NCBI GenBank assembly: GCA_947468275.1
Contig: CANIKO010000010.1
Location: 13,114 to 77,113, forward strand
DNA from: Bacteroidota bacterium
GTDB lineage: Bacteria > Bacteroidota > Bacteroidia > NS11-12g > UBA9320
Direction of reading: 5' to 3'
Length of the DNA: 64,000 nt
This document shows positions 9,241 to 17,428 of this stretch, piece after piece. Position 1 is the stretch's first letter; each line of letters begins with the position of its first letter. A program made the position numbers and the translations under genes. Below the pieces are notes generated by a model that was not told the DNA's origin, did not search any database, and was given only the letters and a program-made list of their open reading frames with translations.

Positions 9241-11058
9241 ATGAGTAAAACATCAAAAAATATTCTACCTAAGAAGGAAAAACAGACGGACTACTTTCTG
9301 TTTTTACTCTTTTTTGCCACCATTTTGGTGTTTATTAAAGGCATGTCCTCAGATATTTTAAATTTTGATGATAATGAGTATTTTGAAAATTACCCGGAGG
9401 TAATAAATCTAAGTTTTGAAAGCGTTAAAAAATACTTTTCAAGCTACTATGTTTTGATGTATCAGCCACTGCCAATATTGAGCTTTGCACTTACTTATTC
9501 CTTTTTTAAACTCGATCCAACAGCCCATCATATTATTAATTTAGGACTTCATCTTTTCAATATTTATTTGGTTTATATTTTTATTGGGAAACTTACCAAT
9601 AAGTCGATTATTAAAAAAATTGTTGCTTTTTTGTTTGCACTTCACCCTTTGGCTGTTGAGGCCGTTATGTGGTTTTCGTGTCGAAGCAGCGGTATGTATG
9701 TTTGCTTTTATTTGCTGGGGTTACTTGCTTATTTAAACTATCAACAGGAGAGTAAATTGAAATATTTGATATTTTGCGGTATTTGGTTCGTGTTTTCTCT
9801 TTTGTCAAAAGCGCATGCGGTTACTTTTCCTTTGGCCTTGATGGTTATTGATATTTTTATTTATAAAATTTCTATTGGAAAAAAACTAATTTTAAGTAAA
9901 ATTCCTTTTTTAATGCTCTCGCTTTTCTTTGGTATAATAACATTGCTCAACAAAGACACTGCCAACAATATCACTTACAGTGTAGCCAATTATTCTATAT
10001 TTGATTATTTCTTCTTACTAAACTATGAAATTTTATGGTATTTTTTAAAAGTTGTTTTGCCTACTAGTTTGGCTCCTATTTATGTTTATCCTCCTAAAAT
10101 GGAGGGTTTATTGCCAACCATATACTATTTGGCACCAATAATTATAGGGGCATTGGTTTATTTAGTTTATAAAAATTTTAAATCCCGTTCTTATGTTGCA
10201 TTCGGCATCTTATTGTTTTTTGCAATATTATCTGTAAGCCTTCAAATTTTGCCGTCACGCCAAGTGATTGTGGCCGACCGATATAGTTATTTACCCAATA
10301 TTGGTCTGTTTTTTATTATAGCAAATCTTTATGCCGAATGGGCGGAAGGAAAAATAAATTCCTTAAAAAAAATAAAAGGAAAACAGTATTTGCTGTATTT
10401 TTTAGCTTTTGTTTTAATGATTTTGTCATTTAAACAGGTAGGAATTTGGAAAAGTAATATGACTCTGGCCGACAGAATCATAGAATCTAATCCTGAAACA
10501 GATTACATAGGACGAGCATATGGAATACGAGCTAATTATAAAAAGGATGTTATAAAAGATGTAAATGCTGCACTTGTTGATTATCAAAAAGCATTGGATT
10601 TGGATTCAACCGACTGGATTGCTAGCTATCAGGCCGGGTTGATTTACAAATCGCTTGGTGATAACTCAAAAGCTATTGATTATTTTAACAAAGCCCACAA
10701 GAGCGATATGGAAAACCCTATGCCTTTGTGCGATATCGGGGTGATTCAACTAGAAATTAAAAATTACGATTTAGCTTTAAAATTTGCTGATTCAGCAATT
10801 AAGGTTTATCCCAATTCAGCAAAAGGTTTAAATTTAAAGGCGGTATGTTTGTTAAATTTAGGAAACGCTATGGATGCAGAAAGGTTTTTTACAAAAGCAA
10901 TTTTAGCCAACCCAAATTATACCGAAGCTATTAAAAACAGAGGTATTGTGCGGTTAAAAAATCTTAATAATAATGACGGTGCTTGTGCTGATTTTAGAAA
11001 AGCCGCTGAATTAGGGGAGCCCGGAATGGACTTAATATTGAAAGATTACTGTAATTAA
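9241..11058 (+). CDS. Polytopic membrane protein with C-terminal TPR repeats (PMT/TMTC-like architecture)
   Basis: ~400 aa with multiple hydrophobic helices followed by TPR-like repeats (KALDLDSTDWIASYQAGLIYKSLGDNSKAIDYFNKA...). Confidence 0.6.
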   Translation: MSKTSKNILPKKEKQTDYFLFLLFFATILVFIKGMSSDILNFDDNEYFENYPEVINLSFESVKKYFSSYYVLMYQPLPILSFALTYSFFKLDPTAHHIINLGLHLFNIYLVYIFIGKLTNKSIIKKIVAFLFALHPLAVEAVMWFSCRSSGMYVCFYLLGLLAYLNYQQESKLKYLIFCGIWFVFSLLSKAHAVTFPLALMVIDIFIYKISIGKKLILSKIPFLMLSLFFGIITLLNKDTANNITYSVANYSIFDYFFLLNYEILWYFLKVVLPTSLAPIYVYPPKMEGLLPTIYYLAPIIIGALVYLVYKNFKSRSYVAFGILLFFAILSVSLQILPSRQVIVADRYSYLPNIGLFFIIANLYAEWAEGKINSLKKIKGKQYLLYFLAFVLMILSFKQVGIWKSNMTLADRIIESNPETDYIGRAYGIRANYKKDVIKDVNAALVDYQKALDLDSTDWIASYQAGLIYKSLGDNSKAIDYFNKAHKSDMENPMPLCDIGVIQLEIKNYDLALKFADSAIKVYPNSAKGLNLKAVCLLNLGNAMDAERFFTKAILANPNYTEAIKNRGIVRLKNLNNNDGACADFRKAAELGEPGMDLILKDYCN

Positions 11059-11124
11059 GCGGAAAGTCAAATATTCGGTTTGTATTTAAAAACAATAAAT
11101 TTATATTTGCAGCCCTTTAAAAAA

Positions 11125-11197
11125 GGTGCGGTAGCTCAGTCGGTAGAGCAAAGGACTGAAAATCCTTGTGTCGCCGGTTCGATCCCGGCCCACACCA
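11125..11197 (+). tRNA. tRNA-Phe (anticodon GAA)
   Basis: Cloverleaf: acceptor GGTGCGG/CCACACC, D-arm AGCTCAGTCGGTAGAGC, anticodon loop CTGAAAA, T-arm GCCGGTTCGATCCCGGC; no encoded CCA. Confidence 0.85.
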
Positions 11198-11205
11198 CTT
11201 TTACT

Positions 11206-11237
11206 CCCGTCATTTTTTTAATGGCGGGATTTTTTTT
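11206..11237 (+). terminator. Rho-independent terminator after tRNA-Phe
   Basis: Hairpin cccgtcatt / aatggcggg followed by T8. Confidence 0.5.
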
Positions 11238-11245
11238 ATAAAGCA

Positions 11246-12262
11246 ATGCAACCCAGAGTTTCAATAGTCATCCTAAACTACAACACCCGGCATTTTTTAC
11301 AAAAATTCCTCCCGGGAGTATTGGCTACAGATTATGAAAATTTTGAAGTGGTATTGGCAGATAATGCATCCAAAGACGATTCGGTAGAATTTGTTAAACA
11401 AAATTTCCCAACAGTAAAAATTATAACCTTAGTTGAGAACTATGGATTTGCTGGAGGTTACAACAAAGCCTTGTCGGAAGTAAAGGCAGATTATTTTGTA
11501 TTACTTAATTCTGATGTAGAAGTTCCTTCAGATTGGTTAAATCCATTAGTGGAATTGGCTGAAAGTGATTCAAAAATTGCCGCTGTTCAACCAAAACTAT
11601 TGGATTATAAGGATAAAACAAAATTTGAATATGCCGGTGGTTCAGGCGGTTTTATTGATAAATACGGATACCCGTTTTGTCGCGGAAGATGGTTTAATTA
11701 TTTAGAAACCGACAATGGTCAATACAATGATAGTCGAGAAATATTCTGGGCAACCGGTGCTTGCTTTTTAATTCGATCCAAATATTGGGAAGAAGCCAAG
11801 GGGCTAGATGAGGACTTTTTTGCCCATATGGAAGAAATAGATTTATGCTGGCGACTAAAGAATGCGGGATATAAAATTATGGTTTGCCCTCAGTCTGTGG
11901 TTTATCATGTGGGTGGCGGAACGCTGCCAGTAGGCAATCCTCGAAAAACCTATCTTAATTTTAGAAATGGGTTATTTTTATTGTGCAAAAATCTTCATAG
12001 TTCAAGGCTTTGGCAGGTTTTGTTCATCCGCTTTGTATTGGATGGATTGGCTGGTATAAAGTTTTTAACGGAGTTTAAATTCCGTGAAATAGGAGCAATT
12101 CTTAAAGCTCACATGGTTTTTTATTCGCAACTTAGGTATTGGTTAAATAAACGAAAACTTTCAGCACCGCCATCCTTGCACCCTAAAAATATGTATCAAA
12201 GGAGCATGGTTTTTGATTTTTATTTAAAAGGAAAACGAAAGTTTACGGAAACCGGTTTGTAG
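11246..12262 (+). CDS. Family 2 glycosyltransferase
   Basis: VSIVILNYNTRHFL...LADNASKDDS...LLNSDVEV DxD-type GT2 motifs. Confidence 0.8.
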   Translation: MQPRVSIVILNYNTRHFLQKFLPGVLATDYENFEVVLADNASKDDSVEFVKQNFPTVKIITLVENYGFAGGYNKALSEVKADYFVLLNSDVEVPSDWLNPLVELAESDSKIAAVQPKLLDYKDKTKFEYAGGSGGFIDKYGYPFCRGRWFNYLETDNGQYNDSREIFWATGACFLIRSKYWEEAKGLDEDFFAHMEEIDLCWRLKNAGYKIMVCPQSVVYHVGGGTLPVGNPRKTYLNFRNGLFLLCKNLHSSRLWQVLFIRFVLDGLAGIKFLTEFKFREIGAILKAHMVFYSQLRYWLNKRKLSAPPSLHPKNMYQRSMVFDFYLKGKRKFTETGL

Positions 12263-12306
12263 TTTTTTTTAACACGGAGGGACTAAGAATATGGGCTTCA
12301 CGGAGT

Positions 12307-12744
12307 TTATAAAATGTTTTCTTTGTCTAACAAATAAAGCAATCCAAGCTTATACCCTTCCAATCCCAAGCCTGAAATATTTCCTTTGCAGGCTCCCAAC
12401 AGCAAATCATGGTGGCGAGCCGTTTCACGATTGTAAATATTAGAAATATGAATACCTAAGACGGGTGATTTAATAGATTTTACAGCATCGGCAATAGCTA
12501 CGCTGGTGTGGCTATAGCCTCCGGCATTTAGTAAAATACCGTCCATTTCAAATCCCCATTCCTGTATTTTATTAATTAATTCTCCTTCAATATTACTTTG
12601 AAAATAGTGTACTACTGTTGTGTCCTTAAACTGGCTTTTAAGTTCCTTAAAGTAATCTTCAAAGGATTTATCTCCATAAATTTCCGGTTCGCGTTTGCCC
12701 AATAGATTAAGGTTGGGGCCATTTATGATTCCTATTTTTTTCAA
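12307..12744 (-). CDS. aroQ: Type II 3-dehydroquinate dehydratase
   Basis: (TTG-start) MKKIGIINGPNLNLLGKREPEIYG... canonical AroQ N-terminus; 145 aa. Confidence 0.9.
   Translation of the reverse strand: MKKIGIINGPNLNLLGKREPEIYGDKSFEDYFKELKSQFKDTTVVHYFQSNIEGELINKIQEWGFEMDGILLNAGGYSHTSVAIADAVKSIKSPVLGIHISNIYNRETARHHDLLLGACKGNISGLGLEGYKLGLLYLLDKENIL
12675..12743. repeat. Direct repeat copy 1 (aroQ 5' end, functional copy); partner at 13295-13363
   Basis: 69 bp, ~5 mismatches to 13295-13363: gttcgcgtttgcccaa[t/g]agattaaggttggggccatttatgattcctatttttttca. Confidence 0.85.
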
Positions 12745-12809
12745 ATAAAATTATTGAACCACAAAGAAACAATTTAAATAGTTTAGTGTAAATATTTTAT
12801 TTTTGATTT

Positions 12810-13058
12810 ATGATTTCAGATTATTTAAATGCTGCTATGCATCTAGCCAAATATGAATTTCTTCCAAACGACAAATTGTATTATGGCGAGATTGATGAGT
12901 TTAAAGGGCTTTATGCGAGTGCTACCAATTTAGAATTATGCCGGGATGAATTGATGTCAACTCTTGAGGATTGGGTGCTTTTCAGCATTCATAAAAATCT
13001 GCCATTACCAATTATAAATAATCTTAACTTGCAAATTAAGGATTTGGCAGATGCCTGA
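12810..13058 (+). CDS. hicB: Putative HicB-like antitoxin (UPF0150-like)
   Basis: 82 aa, overlaps downstream HicA gene by 8 bp; weak similarity to HicB/UPF0150 small antitoxins. Confidence 0.45.
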   Translation: MISDYLNAAMHLAKYEFLPNDKLYYGEIDEFKGLYASATNLELCRDELMSTLEDWVLFSIHKNLPLPIINNLNLQIKDLADA

Positions 13059-13275
13059 TTTTGGAAATATTTCCAGAAAGGACTTAATAAAGGCCTTGCA
13101 ATTACTCGGTTTTGAAGGTCCGTTTTCAGGTGGAAAACATCAATTTATGTTGAAAAGCGGATTGCGGCTTACCATTCCCAATCCCCATCAGTCAGACATT
13201 GGAATAGATTTGCTCAATAAAATTTTAAAACAAGCAGATATTTCAAAAATAGAATGGAGAAATTTAAAACTTTAA
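13051..13275 (+). CDS. hicA: HicA (YcfA-like) mRNA-interferase toxin
   Basis: 74 aa; LLGFEGPFSGGKHQFMLKSGLRLTIPNPHQSDIGIDLLNKILKQADIS matches the HicA G-(S/K)-H...IP.H....IG..L...ILKQ pattern. Confidence 0.65.
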   Translation: MPDFGNISRKDLIKALQLLGFEGPFSGGKHQFMLKSGLRLTIPNPHQSDIGIDLLNKILKQADISKIEWRNLKL

Positions 13276-13294
13276 CGTATCAAATCTTATAGAT

Positions 13295-13363
13295 CATAAA
13301 TCTCTAGTTCGCGTTTGCCCAAGAGATTAAGGTTGGGGCCATTTATGATTCCTATTTTTTTCA
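13295..13363. repeat. Direct repeat copy 2: remnant duplicate of aroQ 5' end (would encode VKKIGIINGPNLNLLGKRELEIYDL*)
   Basis: Near-identical to 12675-12743; reading frame stops after ~25 codons. Confidence 0.85.
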
Positions 13364-13690
13364 CTTGTCTCCTTTTTCTTTAGCTTTTTTCTTTAGCAAC
13401 TTTTTTATTAATTCCGATTGTTCAGCAACTAATTTAATAAGATATTTTAAAGTTGTTTTGTCTTCCTTTTCTAGCTCATTTATGGGATTAAAATCATCAA
13501 TAAAACTATCAAATTCCTCCTTTGTTATTTTTAATGCTGTAAATATTTCACTTAGTTTTTCATCATTTATAACGATTCTGTGTTCCAAATCTGAATATGC
13601 TTTTTGCGATATACCCAATTTAAGAGCTATATAGTCTTGAGAAAAATCTCCTTGTCGTCTTATTTTACGAAGTGTTTCGCCGTGGTGCAT
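13361..13690 (-). CDS. XRE-family helix-turn-helix transcriptional regulator
   Basis: 109 aa; LRKIRRQGDFSQDYIALKLGISQKAYSDLE HTH_3 motif; C-terminal Lys-rich tail. Confidence 0.7.
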   Translation of the reverse strand: MHHGETLRKIRRQGDFSQDYIALKLGISQKAYSDLEHRIVINDEKLSEIFTALKITKEEFDSFIDDFNPINELEKEDKTTLKYLIKLVAEQSELIKKLLKKKAKEKGDK

Positions 13691-13698
13691 ATTTGCTT

Positions 13699-13813
13699 GG
13701 GTATAAGTTAGAAGTAAAACTACTAACTTAGAAGTTATCCAGCTAGCTTATGCCAAAAATAAACTATTTACTTTGTTCTTGTATTGCAATACAAAAAATC
13801 AAATGCCTTGAAC
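13699..13813 (+). promoter_or_regulatory. Repeated leader element R, copy 1 (contains perfect palindrome TTGTATTGCAATACAA at 13779-13794)
   Basis: 115 bp ~93% identical to 15781-15897; lies in the divergent region between XRE regulator and Cys-rich protein gene. Confidence 0.6.
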
Positions 13814-13853
13814 AAATGATAGGCATTAAAAAAAATTTAAATTAAATACAAAA

Positions 13854-14393
13854 ATGAAAAGATTATTTAAACTCTTTGTTATAAGCAGTTTCTTATTATT
13901 CTCTTCGAATTCGTACTCAAGGGCAATTGGGACATTGATTAATGGTGTCCCAACAGTATCAGTAACAAATGAAGAATTTCAAACTCAATTGAATCTTCTG
14001 TCAAGCTGCACTTGTGGTATTTCAAATATTAACCTTGTTAGCACCTCAATAAGCTATAATCCTTCATCAGGAGGATTATTAAAACTGTCGTTTACGTGCA
14101 ATATAGCCAATGAGGTAGGGTTAATGAGAGTCAATATTACTAAGGAATTATCTTATGATAGTGGTAATAACGAATTCCATGTAATAAACGGTGGTGCAAG
14201 TAGAACTTGTATTGGTAAAAATTGTCTAAGTCGTTGTGACGTTGAAGGAGTAGGCTGTACCCCATGTGGTAGAGCCGACAATACTGAGATGCCCGCAACT
14301 TGCACAATGGCAACAGCTGAACAAGAAGGATGTATCTGGGGTTGTCTAGGAACGCTTTTTTTTGGCTGGTTAATTAGTTTATTTTGTTGCTAA
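13854..14393 (+). CDS. Secreted cysteine-rich protein (13 Cys) with hydrophobic C-terminal tail ending in CC
   Basis: Signal peptide MKRLFKLFVISSFLLFSSNSYS; C-terminal third TCIGKNCLSRCDVEGVGCTPCG...CTMATAEQEGCIWGCLGTLFFGWLISLFCC. Confidence 0.6.
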   Translation: MKRLFKLFVISSFLLFSSNSYSRAIGTLINGVPTVSVTNEEFQTQLNLLSSCTCGISNINLVSTSISYNPSSGGLLKLSFTCNIANEVGLMRVNITKELSYDSGNNEFHVINGGASRTCIGKNCLSRCDVEGVGCTPCGRADNTEMPATCTMATAEQEGCIWGCLGTLFFGWLISLFCC

Positions 14394-14453
14394 GTTTATT
14401 CTTGAGGGATACAATATCTTTCAAAGTTCTTTCTATTTCAACGTTAAAATTTT

Positions 14454-15581
14454 ATGATAAGAAAAATCTCTCTTTTTTTAGTTAACACTATACTGAGCTA
14501 CTTCCTTTCAGATATAGCTTTTTCTCAAAATATTAGAGAAGTAGAAATAAGAAATCATAATTATTTTAGTTCTACTAATCAAGTCATAGAAATTAAATAT
14601 ACATCAAAAACGAGAGATAATGCTAATTCCATCACAAGGCGTTATTTATTAAATTTAGAGAGCCTTAATAAAGGTTCTCTAAATTTAAATTATGTTGAAA
14701 ATAACTCTAAACTATATTTTAAATTTGTTAATAATGACTTGTATTTCAAACATCCTGATAGCATTAACTATATATTATTTGAACCAATAAATAAAAAAAG
14801 GAAGCCACCAAGTAATGTTTTTTTTTTAAAATATCTGCCTTTGTCTTGCACTTCCTTTTTTTTAAAAAATAGTTTTGAATCAGAGGATAGTAATTTTCAA
14901 ACTTGCGCCGGTGACACTTTTATTTTGGAACAAGTATCAAAGAAATTAGAAGTTGTACGAAAATTATACCTTGACAAAAATTTGCAGATTTTTAAAACAG
15001 AATATACTAGTACAGATTCAAATAGCCTTCAAGAAAAATGGCAATATGAATATAAAATATATAAAAATATTGAATTGAGTCAACTGGCAGATTCATTAAA
15101 ATTTGGCCCATTTAATAAAGAAAATTTTATAAAGAATAGTTATATTAATAAAGAAAGTACTATAATTTATGACGGCAAGACACATGTTCCATTGACAAAT
15201 AAAAAAACACTAATCCTTGATACAACTAAAATTAAATATTATATAATTGACTTATGGTATATAGGCTGCAAACCATGCAGTATGTTAAGACCTTATCTTG
15301 AAAAAATTTACACGAATATCGATACTTCAAAAGCAATTATGTTAGGATATAACGAATTTGATATTATGGAGGATATTAACACATATTTAAAAAGAAAAAA
15401 TTTTCAAATTCCAGAAATTGATAACTCTTCATTTTATTTGGAACAATTTCATACAAATATGCACCCTACCGTTCTTATCCTTGATAAAAAATTCAAGGTG
15501 ATAGAGACTTATGTTGGATATTCTACTTTAAATATTCTTAAAATTAGAACATTTCTCAAAGCAAAGAAATTGTTTTTGTGA
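14454..15581 (+). CDS. Secreted DUF4369-like + TlpA-like thioredoxin-fold thiol-disulfide oxidoreductase (CKPC active site)
   Basis: Signal peptide; C-terminal ~130 aa LILDTTKIKYYIIDLWYIGCKPCSMLRPYLEKIY...HPTVLILDKKFKVIETYVGY fits TlpA/AhpC-TSA fold with CxxC. Confidence 0.6.
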   Translation: MIRKISLFLVNTILSYFLSDIAFSQNIREVEIRNHNYFSSTNQVIEIKYTSKTRDNANSITRRYLLNLESLNKGSLNLNYVENNSKLYFKFVNNDLYFKHPDSINYILFEPINKKRKPPSNVFFLKYLPLSCTSFFLKNSFESEDSNFQTCAGDTFILEQVSKKLEVVRKLYLDKNLQIFKTEYTSTDSNSLQEKWQYEYKIYKNIELSQLADSLKFGPFNKENFIKNSYINKESTIIYDGKTHVPLTNKKTLILDTTKIKYYIIDLWYIGCKPCSMLRPYLEKIYTNIDTSKAIMLGYNEFDIMEDINTYLKRKNFQIPEIDNSSFYLEQFHTNMHPTVLILDKKFKVIETYVGYSTLNILKIRTFLKAKKLFL

Positions 15582-15626
15582 TAAAGACAAACTCGTTAGC
15601 ACATTTCTTGTAAAAATGCAATCCAA

Positions 15627-15786
15627 TGTCACCTATCTTTGCGGCAATGCGGCACATAGCATTTCTCCTTTTTACTTTCCCTCTTCTTTTGTTGGCACAA
15701 AACAAAGAACCTATTACTATTAATAATGCCGATTATCTGGATTTTAATAAAAACTATGCCAATGCCGAGCGGTTAGTAGTGGTATA
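15627..15786 (+). pseudogene. Duplicated 5' fragment of the OstA-like gene at 17429 (MSPIFAAMRHIAFLLF...NKNYANAERLVVV*)
   Basis: ~165 bp (15615-15780) ~88% identical to 17418-17582; frame terminates inside repeat R copy 2. Confidence 0.75.
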
Positions 15787-15897
15787 AGTTAGAAGTAAAA
15801 ACTACTAACTTAGAAGTTATCCAGCTAGCTTATGCCAAAAATAAACTATTTTCTTTGTTCTTGTATTGCCATACAAAAAAAAGGAAGAGCCTTGAAC
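15781..15897 (+). promoter_or_regulatory. Repeated leader element R, copy 2 (imperfect palindrome TTGTATTGCCATACAA at 15861-15876)
   Basis: Aligns to 13699-13813 with one 1-bp indel and a divergent 8-bp patch. Confidence 0.6.
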
Positions 15898-15934
15898 CTT
15901 TTAGATGGGCGTTAAAAATTTAAAAAAAATTATT

Positions 15935-16654
15935 ATGAACTTTTTTAAAAAATTATCTATACCCTTTCTTCTTTCTTTTACCCTAATTTTTACAGAATGT
16001 AAGAAAGAAGCTATCACTGATGTAAATTACTCTGAAATTAAAACTCCTGAACAACTGCTTGATTCCCCAAATGATCCTATAAATGAAAATATGTATTATG
16101 TAAAGGATTTTAATTTTCATTTGGATGGAGTTCCTGTGGCATATGAAACAATAGATTCGCTTTTTGATAATATATTGTACTCGGATTTTCCTGACACATT
16201 AAATGTATTTTGCTTTACAAATCTTGCTGCTTTTGATGATTACTTAACAGGAAATCCTAATAAAGCAGATGTATTAAAGGATATAAATGATATGGATAGT
16301 ATTGCGGCATTAATTCCTGACTCTTTAGATGATGAAATGAAATCTCCTGTAAAGGTAATCCCAGGTCAAATTGCACTTCTAAATGGGTCGTATTCGATTT
16401 CTGGTTTTGATATGCCAACTCCAACCACTAATGGAGACGGATTTACATCATGGACGCCTAAACTTAATCTTGGAAGTATGAATAATCGTGTAACTGGAAT
16501 TACTTTTTGGGCAATTACTGGTTCATTTTCGGTTTGGTGTACAAAGAAAAATTTCAAAGGAATGAAAAATTTCTATTGGGGATTTCCCTTTTTTGGAGGA
16601 AGATATATTTTAACAGATGTTAGATGGAACAATAATTTCATGTCTGTTTATTAG
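15935..16654 (+). CDS. Hypothetical lipoprotein
   Basis: MNFFKKLSIPFLLSFTLIFTEC lipoprotein signal; no recognised domain. Confidence 0.5.
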   Translation: MNFFKKLSIPFLLSFTLIFTECKKEAITDVNYSEIKTPEQLLDSPNDPINENMYYVKDFNFHLDGVPVAYETIDSLFDNILYSDFPDTLNVFCFTNLAAFDDYLTGNPNKADVLKDINDMDSIAALIPDSLDDEMKSPVKVIPGQIALLNGSYSISGFDMPTPTTNGDGFTSWTPKLNLGSMNNRVTGITFWAITGSFSVWCTKKNFKGMKNFYWGFPFFGGRYILTDVRWNNNFMSVY

Positions 16655-16717
16655 GGTTATAGATAATTTATAGTATTAAAAGTTAATGTGTAAATTGGCA
16701 TTGTAAATAAAAGTGTA

Positions 16718-17359
16718 ATGACTAAGGTAAAAAAAACAGTATTATTTTTTACAATTATTTTTCAATTTATCGCAATGAGGAGTTTTTGTAATGATACTTC
16801 TAATCTTAAAAAGTCCCAATTAAAAACCAAAAATTTTTACATTGGAATTCTGCTTGCACCTGCATATTTAGGTGGCTATGAGCAAAAATCTTTAGGAAAA
16901 AAATCAGGCCATATACCTTTTTTGTATAATCTAGGAAGTATTTTTTCTGAATACACTATCCTTAATAGGTATTCAGTTTTTGCAGGTTTTTCCTACGGTT
17001 ATAATTACTTCAGAGACACTATTAATGTCGGAAGCCTTGGTGGAACTTGTGGATTAAGATATAATATTCCACTTACAACAAAAAAGAAAAAGGAAGAAAA
17101 TAAACCAACATTACTTTATGCGCAAATTGGGCTTGGTTACACTAAAGGTTATTATTATAATGCCCCTAATTTAATAAGAATAAACAGACAAATAGAATGT
17201 TTTGGTCTAAACTTAGGTGTGAGTTTTATCCCATCTAAATTGTTTAAAAAAGCAAATTCTAATTTTATTATTGATTATTCAGTTGTCAAACCTTTTTATA
17301 ATGTGAAAAATAAAGAAGATCAATTTTTCGGTGGATTTGGAATTAAGTATAAGATTTAA
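16718..17359 (+). CDS. Putative outer-membrane beta-barrel protein
   Basis: Signal peptide, alternating aromatic/Gly-rich strands (GFSYGYNYF, GLGYTKGYYYN), C-terminal GGFGIKYKI. Confidence 0.4.
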   Translation: MTKVKKTVLFFTIIFQFIAMRSFCNDTSNLKKSQLKTKNFYIGILLAPAYLGGYEQKSLGKKSGHIPFLYNLGSIFSEYTILNRYSVFAGFSYGYNYFRDTINVGSLGGTCGLRYNIPLTTKKKKEENKPTLLYAQIGLGYTKGYYYNAPNLIRINRQIECFGLNLGVSFIPSKLFKKANSNFIIDYSVVKPFYNVKNKEDQFFGGFGIKYKI

Positions 17360-17363
17360 TCTA

Positions 17364-17402
17364 AAGAAAAGCTTACAATTTTTTGTAAGCTTTTCTTTTT
17401 TG
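17364..17402 (+). terminator. Rho-independent terminator
   Basis: Perfect 13-bp stem gaaaagcttacaa/ttgtaagcttttc, 4-nt loop, T-run. Confidence 0.7.
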
Positions 17403-17428
17403 AATATTGCTTTTTTAAATCCAATGCA

